In this document: piece by piece, positions 28,882 to 40,988 of the stretch
Layout: every line of letters begins with the position of its first letter
How positions within the stretch are numbered: the first letter of the stretch is position 1
Source: Eledone cirrhosa
Lineage: Eukaryota
Direction of reading: 5' to 3'
Length of the DNA: 64,000 nucleotides
NCBI GenBank assembly: GCA_964016885.1
Contig: OZ024745.1
Span: 44,268,001-44,332,000 of the forward strand
The notes under the pieces: generated by a model
What the model was told of the DNA's origin: nothing
Databases searched by the model: none
The model's input: only the letters and a program-made list of their open reading frames with translations
Program-made: the position numbers and the translations under genes

Positions 28882-29752
28882 ATGTGTGTGAACATGTGTG
28901 TGTATCTGTGTGTATCTGTGTGTATCTGAAAGACCATAAGAAATATTTCTTGTTTTCCATAAAATATCTAACTTTAAATTAACAAATATCGAGGAAATGC
29001 AGCCATTAAGCTTCTAAATCTAAAATGGAAACCAAGAATTTTGCATCGTTCTGAAAGGAATCTTCATTCCATTAATAATGCGTTAATGGTATGAGCAGAT
29101 CAGTTTAGATACTAAAGTAAAGAATTTTGACAGGAAATAGACATAGAGGAAATATTATTTTTGCAAGCCTAGAATCAGGTCTTGATATTGGGAAATTGTT
29201 TATGGTTTATTTCGGTTACAGAAAAATAATTGAAATTATGTTTGTATTAAGTTTTAGCGGGAGCTGGCGTCTTGGTGAGGATGGTCAGAGCTGGAATGTC
29301 TTTAATTATAGGAGTTCTAAATCAGGGTTTACCTGCGAAAAAACAACAACACAGCATACAGAATATGACACTACAAGGTACAGCACATATATTATGAACT
29401 GTACCCTCAATAAGATAGAAATAACAACACCAAAAACAACACTGCACATGCCCTAGACACAAAGAGCTGTGCTCGGTTATGCAATGACGATACCCAATAA
29501 TAATAATAATAATATTAATAACGATGATGATGATGATGATTAAGAAAATCTTGTATTGGAGTTTGTCAGGGAAGGCATGTTTGAGAAAAATGGACACCCA
29601 GAAAACACAAAGAGTGAGATTGCTGAAAAGCGTAAAAAAAAATAAAATGATGAAAAGCCCCTGATTCAGCATCCCTAAGGAAACAAGAAACGTGTTTAAT
29701 AAAAGTACTTGTTTATGGTTACGAAGGGCTACATTACGAAAGACATACCTAC

Positions 29753-30002
29753 TAGGAACAGCTCTAATATTGGTTTCTTATATAGGCACAAGGCCTGCAA
29801 TTTTGGAGGAGGGGAAAGTCGATTAAATCGACCCCAGTGTGTGACTGGTACTTTATTTTATCGAGCCCGTAAGGATGAAAGGCAAAGTTAAATTGGGCGG
29901 GATTTGAACTCGGATAATAAAGGGCCGTAACTCTATGTTGCAAAGCATAGCGTCCGACCGATACTGCCAATCCACTGCCCTATAGGAACAGCTCTAATAT
30001 TG
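29753..30002 (-). mobile_element. Full SINE with 20-bp TSD
   Basis: taggaacagctctaatattg on both sides. Confidence 0.9.
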
Positions 30003-30615
30003 AGAAAGGTTCTGAACTCGAAACAGTAGTGAAATGACAAGTAATATGAAGAAGTTAGAGTTACGCTAGGTTACTAGTTGTAGCTTAGTATTCTCTAAAA
30101 CAACCGAACCAAAGCAACATTAAAGCTGGTTGAAAGAAATAATCAAATAATAATTTTTTTTTTTTGTTAAATCACCAACTCTAACAGCTGCAATGACATC
30201 CACACCACCATCACCACAACTACCACAGAAACATTTAAAAAAGTGTAAGTGACTGAGCATTCCGCAGACACGTGTACATTCAATGTCATTTTCAGAGAGA
30301 TTCAGCGTGATACTGGCTGACACTTTCAATTACAGATTACAGATACAGTCTATCCAACAGGCTTCCAAACAGTTTCAGTCTACCCAATTTCACTTAGAAG
30401 GCTTGGATTAACCCGATGCTATGATAAATGATACTTGCCAGAGATGCCACTCTGTGGATCGAACTTGGGACTTAATGATTGCGAAACTAATTTCTTAACC
30501 ATTCGGTCACATTGTGTCCGTCCACTTATCCCAGCATTAACCGCAAAACAGTGACAAAAGAAAAAAAAAACTATCAAGTAAAACTGAAATTGTTTTCCCT
30601 GGCTTCCTCGACAAG

Positions 30616-30841
30616 AATGACTCATTAAAATAATTGTTTCTACTTTTGGCACAAGGCCAGTAATTACACAGTGCATTACTGGTACTTTATTTTATCGACC
30701 CCGTAAGGATGAAAGGCAAAGTTTAGCTCGGTGGGATTTGAACTCAGACGATAAAGGACTGTAACTCTATGCTGCAAAGCATGGTGTCCAACTCTCTACC
30801 GATACTGCCAATCCACCACCCTAATGACTCATTAAAATAAT
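30616..30841 (-). mobile_element. Short-form SINE with 19-bp TSD
   Basis: aatgactcattaaaataat at 30616-30634 and 30823-30841. Confidence 0.9.
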
Positions 30842-31659
30842 GATTTTTCTCATCATTATTCTAATTAATTAAAACTTACTGGCTCACTGCCTCAAGTATG
30901 TTAGTGTCCATTTTACTACAAAGTAATTAGCAGCATAAATATGTCCACAATTATACCACATGTTCTCATGGGTTAGCCTTTTTAATGGGGCTGAGTTTTT
31001 TTTAATGTGTGTGTGTGTGTGTGTGTGTGTATTACATGTGTGTGTATGCGAGCGTGCTGTATGTGTGTGTATTTGCATGTGTTCTATGTATGCATGTGTG
31101 TGTTGCATGTGTGTGTATGTGTATGTGTGTGTATATATGTATGTGGGTGCTTGTTTTGCATGTGTGTTTATGTATGGGTGTGTATATGTGTGTATGTATG
31201 GGTGTTGTGTGTATATGTGTAAATGTATGTGCGCGTATGTGTGTGTGTTGTGTGCATGTGTTGTGTGTGTGTGTGTGTTCTGTTTGAAAGTAATATAATT
31301 TGTTGCAGTTAGACAATATTGATGTGACGTCAGTATATTTCAATGATTGCTTCACCACCTCAAGGCATTTTGTCCGGCGCTCTAACGATTTTGCCAATCA
31401 ACCGCTCTATAGCTGCGCTATAACTTCACTATATCACATGTTACATTAACAAGTAATACACTGTCACTCCACTTTCCCAATATCAGTGACAATAGAGCCC
31501 TTGCCTTTCCCTTCCTTTTCCGTTTTCATAACCACAAAAGATACTTGAATATTCAATGTAATTCTACTTTGTTTAGTGAGTACTGTTTTGACAAAGGGAA
31601 AGTGGTACGCTATTATCAAAGATCACTCAAATTTATTTTTATTACAAGAAGAAAAAAAT

Positions 31660-31839
31660 AATTGTTTCTACTTTTGGCACAAGGCCAGCTACTACCCAGT
31701 GTATTACTGGTACTTTATTTTATCGACCTCGTAAGGATAAAAGGCAAAGTTAACCTTGGCGGGATTTGAACTCAGAATGGCAAGGGCAGTAACTCTATGG
31801 GTCAAAGCATGGCGTCCGACCCTCTACCGATACTGCCAA
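31660..31839 (-). mobile_element. Short-form SINE copy
   Basis: Near-identical to 15705-15890 and 46150-46335. Confidence 0.88.
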
Positions 31840-32703
31840 AAAATAATATAATATAAACACATGAAGATGAAAGGCGAGGCACATTTTTCACCTGAATAAC
31901 GTCTTGGACCCTTTCATCAAACCAATTAATCAAGTTCCTGCAACTAGTACAGCTAGTCTTTGAAGTGCCGATGTTTCGTAGTCAACAATCGTCACCAATC
32001 TTTTCTCTTACTTCCGTCATGCGCAGGAGGGTCACGGTGTTCTGTCGTGTCTTGTCCTACCCTGTCTCGTCTTTGATGTTATTGGACTAGGATTTTCTTT
32101 GCATGCCTCTTCCTCTTCGCCCTCCTTTGACTCTGATCCGAAGCATGTTTTGTTTTTTTTAGACAAGGGATGGCTTCCGCTTGCCTGCGTATTTGTTGTC
32201 TTGCTGCCCGACGATGGTGGTGGTGGTGGTGGTGGTGGTCGTCGTCATGTTGGTTTTGGTGATGATGATGACGTTGACGACGATGATGACGACGATGATG
32301 AGGACGACGATGATGATGATGATGATGATAGTGTATCTTTATATATCAATATAGAAATGTTTGAATAAAGTAACGTATTTAGGAATTTATAATCCAGATA
32401 CTTCGTAGAATAGTACAAATATACCATTATCATGTTATTTCAATAGACAAAATTAAAGGGAGATAATAGATTTGATAAATTATTCTTTATTCATATTTTT
32501 TTTTAATGGGAAATGATTATATATTTCTATATTTTGACGTCATAGATACGTGATAAATTCATGCTTTTGTTACACATCCTCAATGCTTGCGGTGACACCA
32601 GCAATGATTGGCTGACTGTCTGACTGACTGTATAATCACCTCAGTGCAATATTTTCACAGACGTTATGATAGGTGATTGGTAAACATTTCAGTCTACACA
32701 CAC

Positions 32704-32810
<107 letters not shown>

Positions 32811-32869
32811 CACGCACGCACACACGCACACACACACGCACGCACGCACGCACGCACACACGCACGCAC

Positions 32870-32906
<37 letters not shown>

Positions 32907-33109
32907 ACATACACATTCACGCATACATATACATACATATACATACACATTCACACATACATACGCACTCACACACACGCACACGTGCACGCATACATAA
33001 CCATACACGCACACATACACACACATACACATATACACACGCACGCACACATACACACATAGACACATATACACATCCACATACGCACTCACACATACAT
33101 GCGTTGTTG

Positions 33110-33622
33110 TTGAACCTCCGTTGGTGACGACGACGAATGTTCAAGTTATTTTATCAACGGAACTTATGCTCGTGACAGTAACGTGCAAATAGCTGAGCAT
33201 TCTACATACACGTCTCCCTTTAACGTAGTTCTCAGGAAGATTCAGCGTGGCACAATGACTGATCAGGCTGATCCTTCGAATTGCAGGTACAAATCAGATT
33301 TTTCCAGTCAAATGGACTGAAGTAACGTGAAATAAAGTATCTCGCTCGAGGACACCACCCGCGACCGGGAATCGAACTCTCGACCATACGATCGAGAGCC
33401 CAATATCTTAACCACAAAGTCACGCACCTTCACATACATAGTATGGCCATTGCACGATATACCATTATTAATAATTGAAGCATAGAGTTACTTCCCTGTA
33501 TGATCTGAGTTCAAATCCCGCCGAGGTTAACTTTGCCTTTCATCCTTCCGTGGTCGATAAAATAAAGTACCAGTAATGCACTGGTTAATTGCTGGCCCTT
33601 GTGCCAAAAGTAGAAACAATTA
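33110..33622. mobile_element. CORE-like SINE (33110-33430 -) followed by truncated short-form SINE (33480-33622 +)
   Basis: tRNA-like head and body shared with 24050-24325 (+); SINE body motif. Confidence 0.75.
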
Positions 33623-33977
33623 ATTAATTCTATCGTGCAATGCCTGCGCGTGAAGATATTTTTTAAAGTGAGAAAAGACTGTGCACTGAGCCAATCCCAC
33701 TCTCTGAGTGACAGTAGCTATAACCCGAAAAGAAGAAAAGATCAACATCATCGGTAACTACTGAGCCGCAGATTTTATATCAGAGTTATCCCAGTTTCCT
33801 GAGTTGCCTTCTCCTAGAAGAATGCCCCGACAAAGGCTAGTGATCCTTCACTCCCAGTGGTTTAACAGCGCGGTACATGTGTATATACATATTTGCATAC
33901 TTTTGGATGGCCGTTGACTCTTATGAGTTCTTCCGCCCTTTGTCATACATACATACATACATACATACATACATACA

Positions 33978-34013
<36 letters not shown>

Positions 34014-34261
34014 CACACACATACACACATATATATATATGTATATATATAGAGAGTGAGGCGGAAGGAAAGAAAGAAAGAAGGGGAGATAGATAAATAT
34101 AGATTCAGGTATACACACTTTTCTAGGCATCGTTTTACAGTCGGATGCCTTTCCTGACACCAACCCTTTAAATCGCCTCTTCTACAGGGATATGGTGGAT
34201 ATATTTAAAAAAAGGACATGACTTGCACATATATATATATACATATACATATACACGTATG

Positions 34262-34333
<72 letters not shown>

Positions 34334-34394
34334 GATGAAATCGAAAATGCAACTGGAGTCTTATTTTTTTTTAAATATATATATTTATTTGGTT

Positions 34395-34433
34395 CCTTTA
34401 CCGGTTTCGCAGTTCTTCTGCTTTTCAAAGGTA
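34395..34433 (-). ncRNA. Hammerhead-like motif with U3-A8 covaried core (TTGAAAA)
   Basis: Minus strand reads cct-TTGAAAA-gcag aagaa ctgc-GAAA-ccgg-TA-aagg. Lies ~65 nt upstream of a (TA)n junction. Confidence 0.55.
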
Positions 34434-34839
34434 GAGTTGAGATGGAGGGTCTGTGGTTTTTCTCACATCTGGTTGGTCTTTGAATGTTACTTGTTTTATA
34501 TGGAAAAAAGTGGTTCGAAAAGCCAGGTTTTTAGAGAAGTAATTTGATTGGTTGATCAATAATTATAATAAATTTCGCGCCAGTTCGTGTTACAAAGTTC
34601 TTCAAACAGGGGGGAGGGGGAGGGGGGCTCAGGTTGTTTTTTCATATATGAGTGTTTGAATTTCTTTTTATTTTCACTCATGTAGGACACCTCGGTTATT
34701 TTTCATTCTGTAAAAAAAAACAAAAAAAAAAACAAAAAAAAAAACACTTTCTAATATATATATATAGTTTAATAAATAAACAGAGAACAAAAAACAGAAA
34801 AACGAAGAGGCAGTACAAATGATATTATATATATATAAG

Positions 34840-34981
34840 CAGTGCTCGATTTACCATTGTCCTTGGGTGTGCTTAAGGACAGGGCCCCGTTGGCCAGTGA
34901 AGGGTGGGGCATCTTCCTGCCAAGTATAGGGCCTCATAACTTAAGTAACACAGGACCTCATTTGTCCTAAATCTGGCACTG
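34840..34981. mobile_element. hAT-type MITE with 8-bp target duplication
   Basis: TIRs cagtgctcgattta / taaatctggcactg; TSD tatataag on both sides. Partial relative at ~8220-8299. Confidence 0.85.
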
Positions 34982-35689
34982 TATATAAGAATCACTGGGG
35001 TTTACTGTCTTGACCTTCGCGTGCGCAAGGATAAACGAAATGAATCGAAGCCAGTTGTGAATCCGGGGAGTAAGCACCATATTTACAGACGCAAACATTC
35101 TTTCGGTTGTAAAATACCCTTCTTATACACACAGCCACGCTGCGCCTGTATTGGGAGTAAGATACGAAAATACCTATTCTAGGTCACACTTATGCAAGAA
35201 TATTACAGAAACAATATTAATTATATATTGTAATACATATAACAAGGAACAAAAGTAATCAGAATATAAAAATATTTCTTCCATTACTTGTTATACCTAA
35301 ATTACACCTATACAGCTGTTTCGAATCTCAGAGAAAAAGTCCATCAATTACCTTAGTTATAATAAAGGTAGAATTAGTGAACTTAAAGACCCAGATTCTC
35401 CTCGGTAGGTAATGTCTTTTAACAAACACAGTAAAATATAATTTTCCCATTAGGAGACCAGTTGAATAACTGACACATAACTGCTGCAAGATAGGCAAAT
35501 GAGATGACACCACGGTGGAATGAAAACATTACATAGGTTTGTTGGATTTTATTTGGCGTCATGTGGACAGCAGAGCTAGAAATAACTCATTAACTCATTC
35601 TAATAGAGCAGCTCAACCGAAATATGAGAGGGGGGTGGCTGACAGACAGACGGATAGATAGATAGATAGATAGATAGGTAGATAGATAA

Positions 35690-35737
<48 letters not shown>

Positions 35738-35739
<2 letters not shown>

Positions 35740-35831
35740 TTCTTTATTAGCCACAGGGGCACAAAAGAAGGGGACAAATACAAAGGGGGAAGTTTACATA
35801 CAATAAAAACGTGTAAAATGTTATCACAGAT
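35738..35831 (-). repeat. ~93-bp identical duplicate of the 3' terminus of the truncated Tx1 copy (40989-41082)
   Basis: The sequence atttctttattagccacagggg...gttatcacagat is present at both positions, each next to GATA repeats. Confidence 0.9.
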
Positions 35832-36108
35832 AGATAGATAGATATATTTCTTTTATTTGCCACTAGGGCATCAAAAGTGGGACAAGTACAAAGGGGGGAG
35901 TTTACACAAAAAGGCGTCCTCAATAAGGAGAAGGCAATAACAAAATATAAAAATAAAATAAGATATAACAAAAAATTAAATTTTTAACAAAATCCTCAAT
36001 AGAGAGGAGGCGCCTTGGGGGGTCGCACACACCCCCGAAAAAAGTGTGCAACCCTTCTCCTCAGGAGCACAGAGAAGGGGTGCTCCCTTGGTCTTTCATC
36101 TTCCTCAC

Positions 36109-39100
36109 CTATAGTCTGATGTAGAGTGAAGGCCCATTCACACGGGCCATTCTCGCCACTTTCACCCATCTTTCATAGAAACGGCTGAGGTGCAGCACCT
36201 CTCTCTCCATCCTGATCCTTCTTCCGAAATGATATCGGAAGAAACGGACCAGTTGTTGGCCAGAGAGAAAGGTGCCCGACCTCAGTCCTTTCAGACGCGT
36301 CCACCATACAACCTCTTTCGCCATGGCTATTACGCACAGAAACACCGCCTCTGCTTCATCTTTGAAGGGGGGAGGCGGCTTGATCATTACAATAGACTCG
36401 GTGGTCAACCGGATCGGTCCCACCCTTGACAGCAGTTGTTCGACATAGCCCCACAGATCGGCTACGCCCGAGCAGTGTACTAATGCGTGTGCAACGGTTT
36501 CCTCGTCGCACACGCATCTGGGACAGATCTTTTTGGCGGGGTCCCTACCCGGGCGCCCGTGTCTGTAGAGCCTTTCTCGAACGGGTAAAGCCCCTCGGTA
36601 GCACTGCCAGGCCAGGGACTTCTGGAAGTTGTCCATAGGTCCCGGGCTGAATGTCCTACCGAACAGGCTGGCCAGTTCGTCCTCCTCCATGTCTAGGGCT
36701 TCTCCGAGGGCGTCGTCGCACCTGCTGCGTACCAGCCCTCTATAGAATGTTGCGGTGGAGTCTCCACTGATAACCGGATCCGCCTGCCAGAGGGCGGTGA
36801 GCGCCTGGGCACACTCGGTGTGCCAGGCGCCCAGTTTTCTCGGTCTTTGCTTGACCCAGGATTGCAGCTCGGTGAGTGAGACGAGTCTGGGAAAGGTTCG
36901 TCTCACAAACGAGGCCCACACCGGTTGTCCGGTGAGGAATATGTAGAGGTGCCGTAGCCTTAATGCGTGTTTACGCATCATTAGCCACGGCATCCCCAGC
37001 CCTCCTTTCGAAGGGTGTTGACAGCAGATGGATCTCCTCACCATAGGAGCCCGCCTCTTCCAAAGGAATTGGAAGAGCGCGCGCTCCATCTTGGTGAGGG
37101 TTTCCCTTGGGCAGGGCACTACGGTCAGGCGGTAGTAGATGACGGACGCTATGTAGGTGTTCGCCACCTCCGCCCGACCTTTCAGGGATAGTTTGCAACT
37201 GGCCCACTTCTGGGTCAGTGCAAACACCCTGTTCGTAACCTCCGCCCAGTTTTTCTCCACCTGGAGGTCCGGTCCGAACCAGACCCCGAGCAACTTCACC
37301 GGGCCCTCCGTCCAGCGTCCGACGACGCTATCGGAGGGCATCGGTCTGCCCCTCCACGTGCCGAGTTGCAAACCGATCGACTTGTCCCGGTTCAGCTTAG
37401 CCCCTGTGAACTTTTCGTACTCCTCCAGTAAGGTGCCGACCGCCTCGATTTCGGAGGCCGTCGACACCATTACTGTCACGTCATCGGCGTAGGCCGACAC
37501 CGCTTTCCGCAATCCCGGTTCCAAAGGGATGCCCTGCAACAACTCCAACTTCCGCAGTAGTGGCTCGAGAGTCAACACATACAGAAGGGAGGAGAGAGGG
37601 CACCCTTGTCGGATGGACCGCGCGATTTTGAACGGCTCCGAGAGGTAGCCGTTCACCTTGACCCTAGAGCAGATGCGGCTGCTGTGCATAGCAGTGATCC
37701 AGCCCCTGAAAACGGGTCCGAAGCCTGCCGCCGCTAGCACCGCATCCAGGTAACCATGGTCGACCCTATCGAACGCCTTAGATTGATCCAAGTTGATCAG
37801 AGCCCCACCAAAGCCGGGTTCGTTCCCAACCCTCTCTATGATGTATCGCATGAGGTGGAGGTTGTCATGGATGGACCTGGACGGGATAGCGCATGTCTGC
37901 GCATCTCCCACCAGGTTGCCCACGACAAGCGCCAACCTCTTTGCTAGCACCTTGGCCAAAATCTGTAACTCTGTATTTAGCAGTGTTATGGGCCTGAAGT
38001 TACTTATTTCGTCCCCCTTGTTCTCGTCCTTCCTCACTAGCGTGACTACGCCCTTGGTCACAGTACAGGGAATTCTCCCGTTCTGTTGCCAGTTGCAGTA
38101 GACCGCCTCGAGGAGATCGGGGAACAAGTCCGGCATAGCTAGATGTAATTCGTAAGGAAGACCATCGAGACCCGGGGATTTGCGTTTGCCGCATTGGCTC
38201 AGCACGTCCTCTATCTCAGCGGCCGAAATCGGCTCCTCGCAGGACTTCGCCTCCCTGTCCGAGAGGCGCGGCAGGCCGTCGAGGTATGGACCGAAGTCCA
38301 CGTTCCCAACCGGCTCCCCGCCCCTCCCGAACAGTCGGGCAAAGTGCCTTTGAAAGGCCTCACACATCTGCTTAGGCTCAAGAATCGCCCGTCCATCCAG
38401 GTCTCGCAAAGACCGGATGGTGGATTTAGTTCCACTGTTGGCCTCTGTCACGCGGGCCCAGCTAACAGCTTTGGTCCCCTCGTTCCCTAGAGCACGTATT
38501 TTACTTCGGACAACGCAGCCTTCGTGCTTCGCGTCGAAAAACTGGCTCAAAGCCGTTCTCGACGCTAGCACTCTGGCCACGTCGCCGCTTCTAATTGCCT
38601 CTTCTACTCTATCTATTAGCTCCCTTTCCTTCCTATTCCTATCCGCAGCTAGAACCTTACTAAATTCTATCGAGACTACTCTAATCTCTCTCTTTAGAGA
38701 TACCCACCACCTGCTGTTGACGATCGCTCCAGTCAACCGTTCCTTAACTAACGTACTAATCCGATTCCTGTAGGCTCTACTTGCCGGCAAGGACAAGTTG
38801 AGCTTCCAGTAACCGGGGCCCTGTCTATGAGTTCTGTCAAGGTTGACCATGCAGGTCACTAATTTGTGGTCTGAATAGCCAACAATGCGCATTTTTGGAC
38901 AACTTAAAAAGTCCTTATCCTTAATTCTAACTAAGAACCTATCTAGGTACGACCTAGATGATCCGCTACGATTTGCCCAAGTCCAGGTTGGCGCAGTCGG
39001 AAAATCTAGTCGATATCTATCGGCCAGGTCAAATCGACCGATTAACCCTTTGAGGCTATTACACCCCTCTCTATCGGGGCAGGCCCCTACGTAGTCCCAG

Positions 39101-39546
39101 CGTGCATCTAGGATACCATTCCAGTCCCCCACTAATAGCAAGGAGCGGGACGTCCCCAGAAAAGTCTCCAGACGATGGAAGAAGTCCGGCCGCATTGACC
39201 CGAAAGGGCCGTAGGCGGCTACCAACCTAAACGCTCCGCCTTTACCACTGCCAAGGTCCAGAACCACTAGTCGACCCTCCGGGTCCAAATGTACCATCTG
39301 TGTTGCGAGACCCAGATGTTTTTGCAGCAGAACGACAACTCCACCCCCACCTCCGGGCTGACAGAGAGATGCGTGCATCTCAAAGTCATCAAAGGTGGGG
39401 GCCAGCTGTCGCACGTTGCTGATCCGGGCCTCGCAAATAACCATCACATCTATACGTTGTGTCCTGAGGTCATTTAGAAGCATTGCTTGCTTCCAAGTTG
39501 AGCCCAGGCCACGCGCATTTAAACAGCCTACTCTTAGCATAGCCAT
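36109..39546 (-). CDS. Tx1/L1 ORF2: AP endonuclease + reverse transcriptase + C-terminal zinc finger (uninterrupted)
   Basis: Motifs LNARGL, VGDWNG, SYLDRFLV and SDH (APE); KSPGLDGL, NFRPITLLN, DQSKAFDRV, QGCPLS and YADD (RT); CPRC..EETVAHALVHC (Zn finger). First ATG is at 39546. Confidence 0.95.
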   Translation of the reverse strand: MAMLRVGCLNARGLGSTWKQAMLLNDLRTQRIDVMVICEARISNVRQLAPTFDDFEMHASLCQPGGGGGVVVLLQKHLGLATQMVHLDPEGRLVVLDLGSGKGGAFRLVAAYGPFGSMRPDFFHRLETFLGTSRSLLLVGDWNGILDARWDYVGACPDREGCNSLKGLIGRFDLADRYRLDFPTAPTWTWANRSGSSRSYLDRFLVRIKDKDFLSCPKMRIVGYSDHKLVTCMVNLDRTHRQGPGYWKLNLSLPASRAYRNRISTLVKERLTGAIVNSRWWVSLKREIRVVSIEFSKVLAADRNRKERELIDRVEEAIRSGDVARVLASRTALSQFFDAKHEGCVVRSKIRALGNEGTKAVSWARVTEANSGTKSTIRSLRDLDGRAILEPKQMCEAFQRHFARLFGRGGEPVGNVDFGPYLDGLPRLSDREAKSCEEPISAAEIEDVLSQCGKRKSPGLDGLPYELHLAMPDLFPDLLEAVYCNWQQNGRIPCTVTKGVVTLVRKDENKGDEISNFRPITLLNTELQILAKVLAKRLALVVGNLVGDAQTCAIPSRSIHDNLHLMRYIIERVGNEPGFGGALINLDQSKAFDRVDHGYLDAVLAAAGFGPVFRGWITAMHSSRICSRVKVNGYLSEPFKIARSIRQGCPLSSLLYVLTLEPLLRKLELLQGIPLEPGLRKAVSAYADDVTVMVSTASEIEAVGTLLEEYEKFTGAKLNRDKSIGLQLGTWRGRPMPSDSVVGRWTEGPVKLLGVWFGPDLQVEKNWAEVTNRVFALTQKWASCKLSLKGRAEVANTYIASVIYYRLTVVPCPRETLTKMERALFQFLWKRRAPMVRRSICCQHPSKGGLGMPWLMMRKHALRLRHLYIFLTGQPVWASFVRRTFPRLVSLTELQSWVKQRPRKLGAWHTECAQALTALWQADPVISGDSTATFYRGLVRSRCDDALGEALDMEEDELASLFGRTFSPGPMDNFQKSLAWQCYRGALPVRERLYRHGRPGRDPAKKICPRCVCDEETVAHALVHCSGVADLWGYVEQLLSRVGPIRLTTESIVMIKPPPPFKDEAEAVFLCVIAMAKEVVWWTRLKGLRSGTFLSGQQLVRFFRYHFGRRIRMEREVLHLSRFYERWVKVARMARVNGPSLYIRL

Positions 39547-39570
39547 GTTGGTGGTGAAGAGAAAAGGCAC

Positions 39571-40863
39571 TTACCTCTCTGCGTCCCGGGTATCGGGCTG
39601 CACAATTTCCATTAGGGTGGGGGATGGGTTGTTGGGTGGGGTGGTGGTTTGTGGAAGTGTGGGGGCATCAGTGTGTTGTGTGGTTGGGGAGCTTGGAGTT
39701 GTGAGGGTGTTTGGGGAGGGGGTGGGATAGTTTTTTAGGAGGACGCGGTTAATGGGCCCGACGCAGGGGGGACCCACGTCCTCTTTAAAATTGTTTTTTA
39801 AAGTTTTATAGGTGTCCTGTGGGGCCTTAATCATTTTGAGGTGGGGGAAATCCCCTGCCTGGGTGAAGTTAGGCCCTTGTGTTTTTATTAGATTGTTGTT
39901 GTACACAATGTTTAACAGTTTTTTGTTTCTTGTATTTATGTATGTGTATGCATGTTTTTGTTTTTGTGTGGTGTTTTTTGTTTGCTGTTGTGAGCTCTTT
40001 TGTGTTGGTGTCAGTGTTATGTTTTGGGGAGGGTTTTTTTTCATTTGTGTGTCTGAGGTGTGTTTTCTTTTTTTTCTTTTGATTGTGTGGAAGTGCTCCT
40101 CCTCGTCTGACGACGAACTAGGATCATCTTCCGCGTTGGAGGGGAGGGGTATATTTTCGGGTTGTGTTTGCGGTACGGGTGTTTTGGAAATTGTTTTTGT
40201 TTTTTGAGTGGAGGGGATGGGTTGGACATTGTTTTGTTTTGGTTTGAGCTGTGGTGGTTGTTTTTGTAGTGGTAGTTGTGGTGATTGTGTTGGTTGTGCA
40301 GTTGTTGGTGGTGTAGGCAGGATTGGGGTTTTCTTATTAAGTTGGGGACAGACAGCCCTCAGGTGACCTCTGGTTCCGCAGAGGTAACACGAGGGCCGTC
40401 TACCCTCAACGGTAATGTTGATGAAGGTTAGATCATCCAGTATGACGCGTTCAGGGATCTGGGCGATCCTTTCGGGCCTCATTTGAACTACAAGTTCGAG
40501 GCTCGTTCCACTGAACGCGTCACCCGATGCCTTTCCCATGGACACCAGCATGTCATCCTCCAGGTCCAGAAAACCTGTCAAAACCCACCATATGTCCATA
40601 ATCGGCAGGATGGTGTGGATTTTTATTTTTTGTGTTCTTCTACCCATGTACGTAGGGTAGAAGGTGTATGCGGTGGATGTGATTGGTTTGATGGACAGTT
40701 TCACTGCTGTGTCCCTGTCCTTCATGAGAATGGATAGACTCCCGTAGAGTCTATCCTTCTGAATGAAGGTGATGTCCTTCATGACGTCTTTTAAAACCAG
40801 CTCTATCTCGCTCTGTGATGGTTGAGCTGGTTTTTTACTTTTGTTCGAGATTGTCCTAAACAT
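39571..40863 (-). CDS. Tx1/L1 ORF1 nucleic-acid-binding protein (CCHC zinc knuckle)
   Basis: CYLCGTRGHLRAVC knuckle followed by a P/T/Q/K-rich low-complexity tail. First ATG inside the element is at 40863 and the frame is open up to the element edge at about 40950. Confidence 0.85.
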   Translation of the reverse strand: MFRTISNKSKKPAQPSQSEIELVLKDVMKDITFIQKDRLYGSLSILMKDRDTAVKLSIKPITSTAYTFYPTYMGRRTQKIKIHTILPIMDIWWVLTGFLDLEDDMLVSMGKASGDAFSGTSLELVVQMRPERIAQIPERVILDDLTFINITVEGRRPSCYLCGTRGHLRAVCPQLNKKTPILPTPPTTAQPTQSPQLPLQKQPPQLKPKQNNVQPIPSTQKTKTISKTPVPQTQPENIPLPSNAEDDPSSSSDEEEHFHTIKRKKRKHTSDTQMKKNPPQNITLTPTQKSSQQQTKNTTQKQKHAYTYINTRNKKLLNIVYNNNLIKTQGPNFTQAGDFPHLKMIKAPQDTYKTLKNNFKEDVGPPCVGPINRVLLKNYPTPSPNTLTTPSSPTTQHTDAPTLPQTTTPPNNPSPTLMEIVQPDTRDAER

Positions 40864-40949
40864 GACCGTGTTTAGGAGTCTCTGGCTTTTTAGTTCCGGG
40901 GGGGAATGGATTGTGAATGAACCATTTTCCCCGTACACTATATATTTTT

Positions 40950-40987
<38 letters not shown>

Positions 40988-40988
40988 T

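Larger units (their letters stand above)
35846..40950 (-). mobile_element. Near full-length Tx1/L1-clade non-LTR retrotransposon inserted in (GATA)n
   Basis: Contains ORF1 with a zinc knuckle, ORF2 with APE, RT and Zn finger, and a 3' UTR with AATAAA. GATA repeats lie at both junctions (35829-35845 and 40950-40986). Confidence 0.93.

Noticed and set aside
35351-35482. Possible 132-nt minus-strand exon (ttgcag|...aag|gtaatt)
   Set aside because: Splice-like ends and one open frame, but no recognisable protein similarity.
36190-40229. Short antisense and alternative-frame ORFs over the Tx1 element (also over the RTE elements)
   Set aside because: Shadow ORFs of GC-rich coding sequence.
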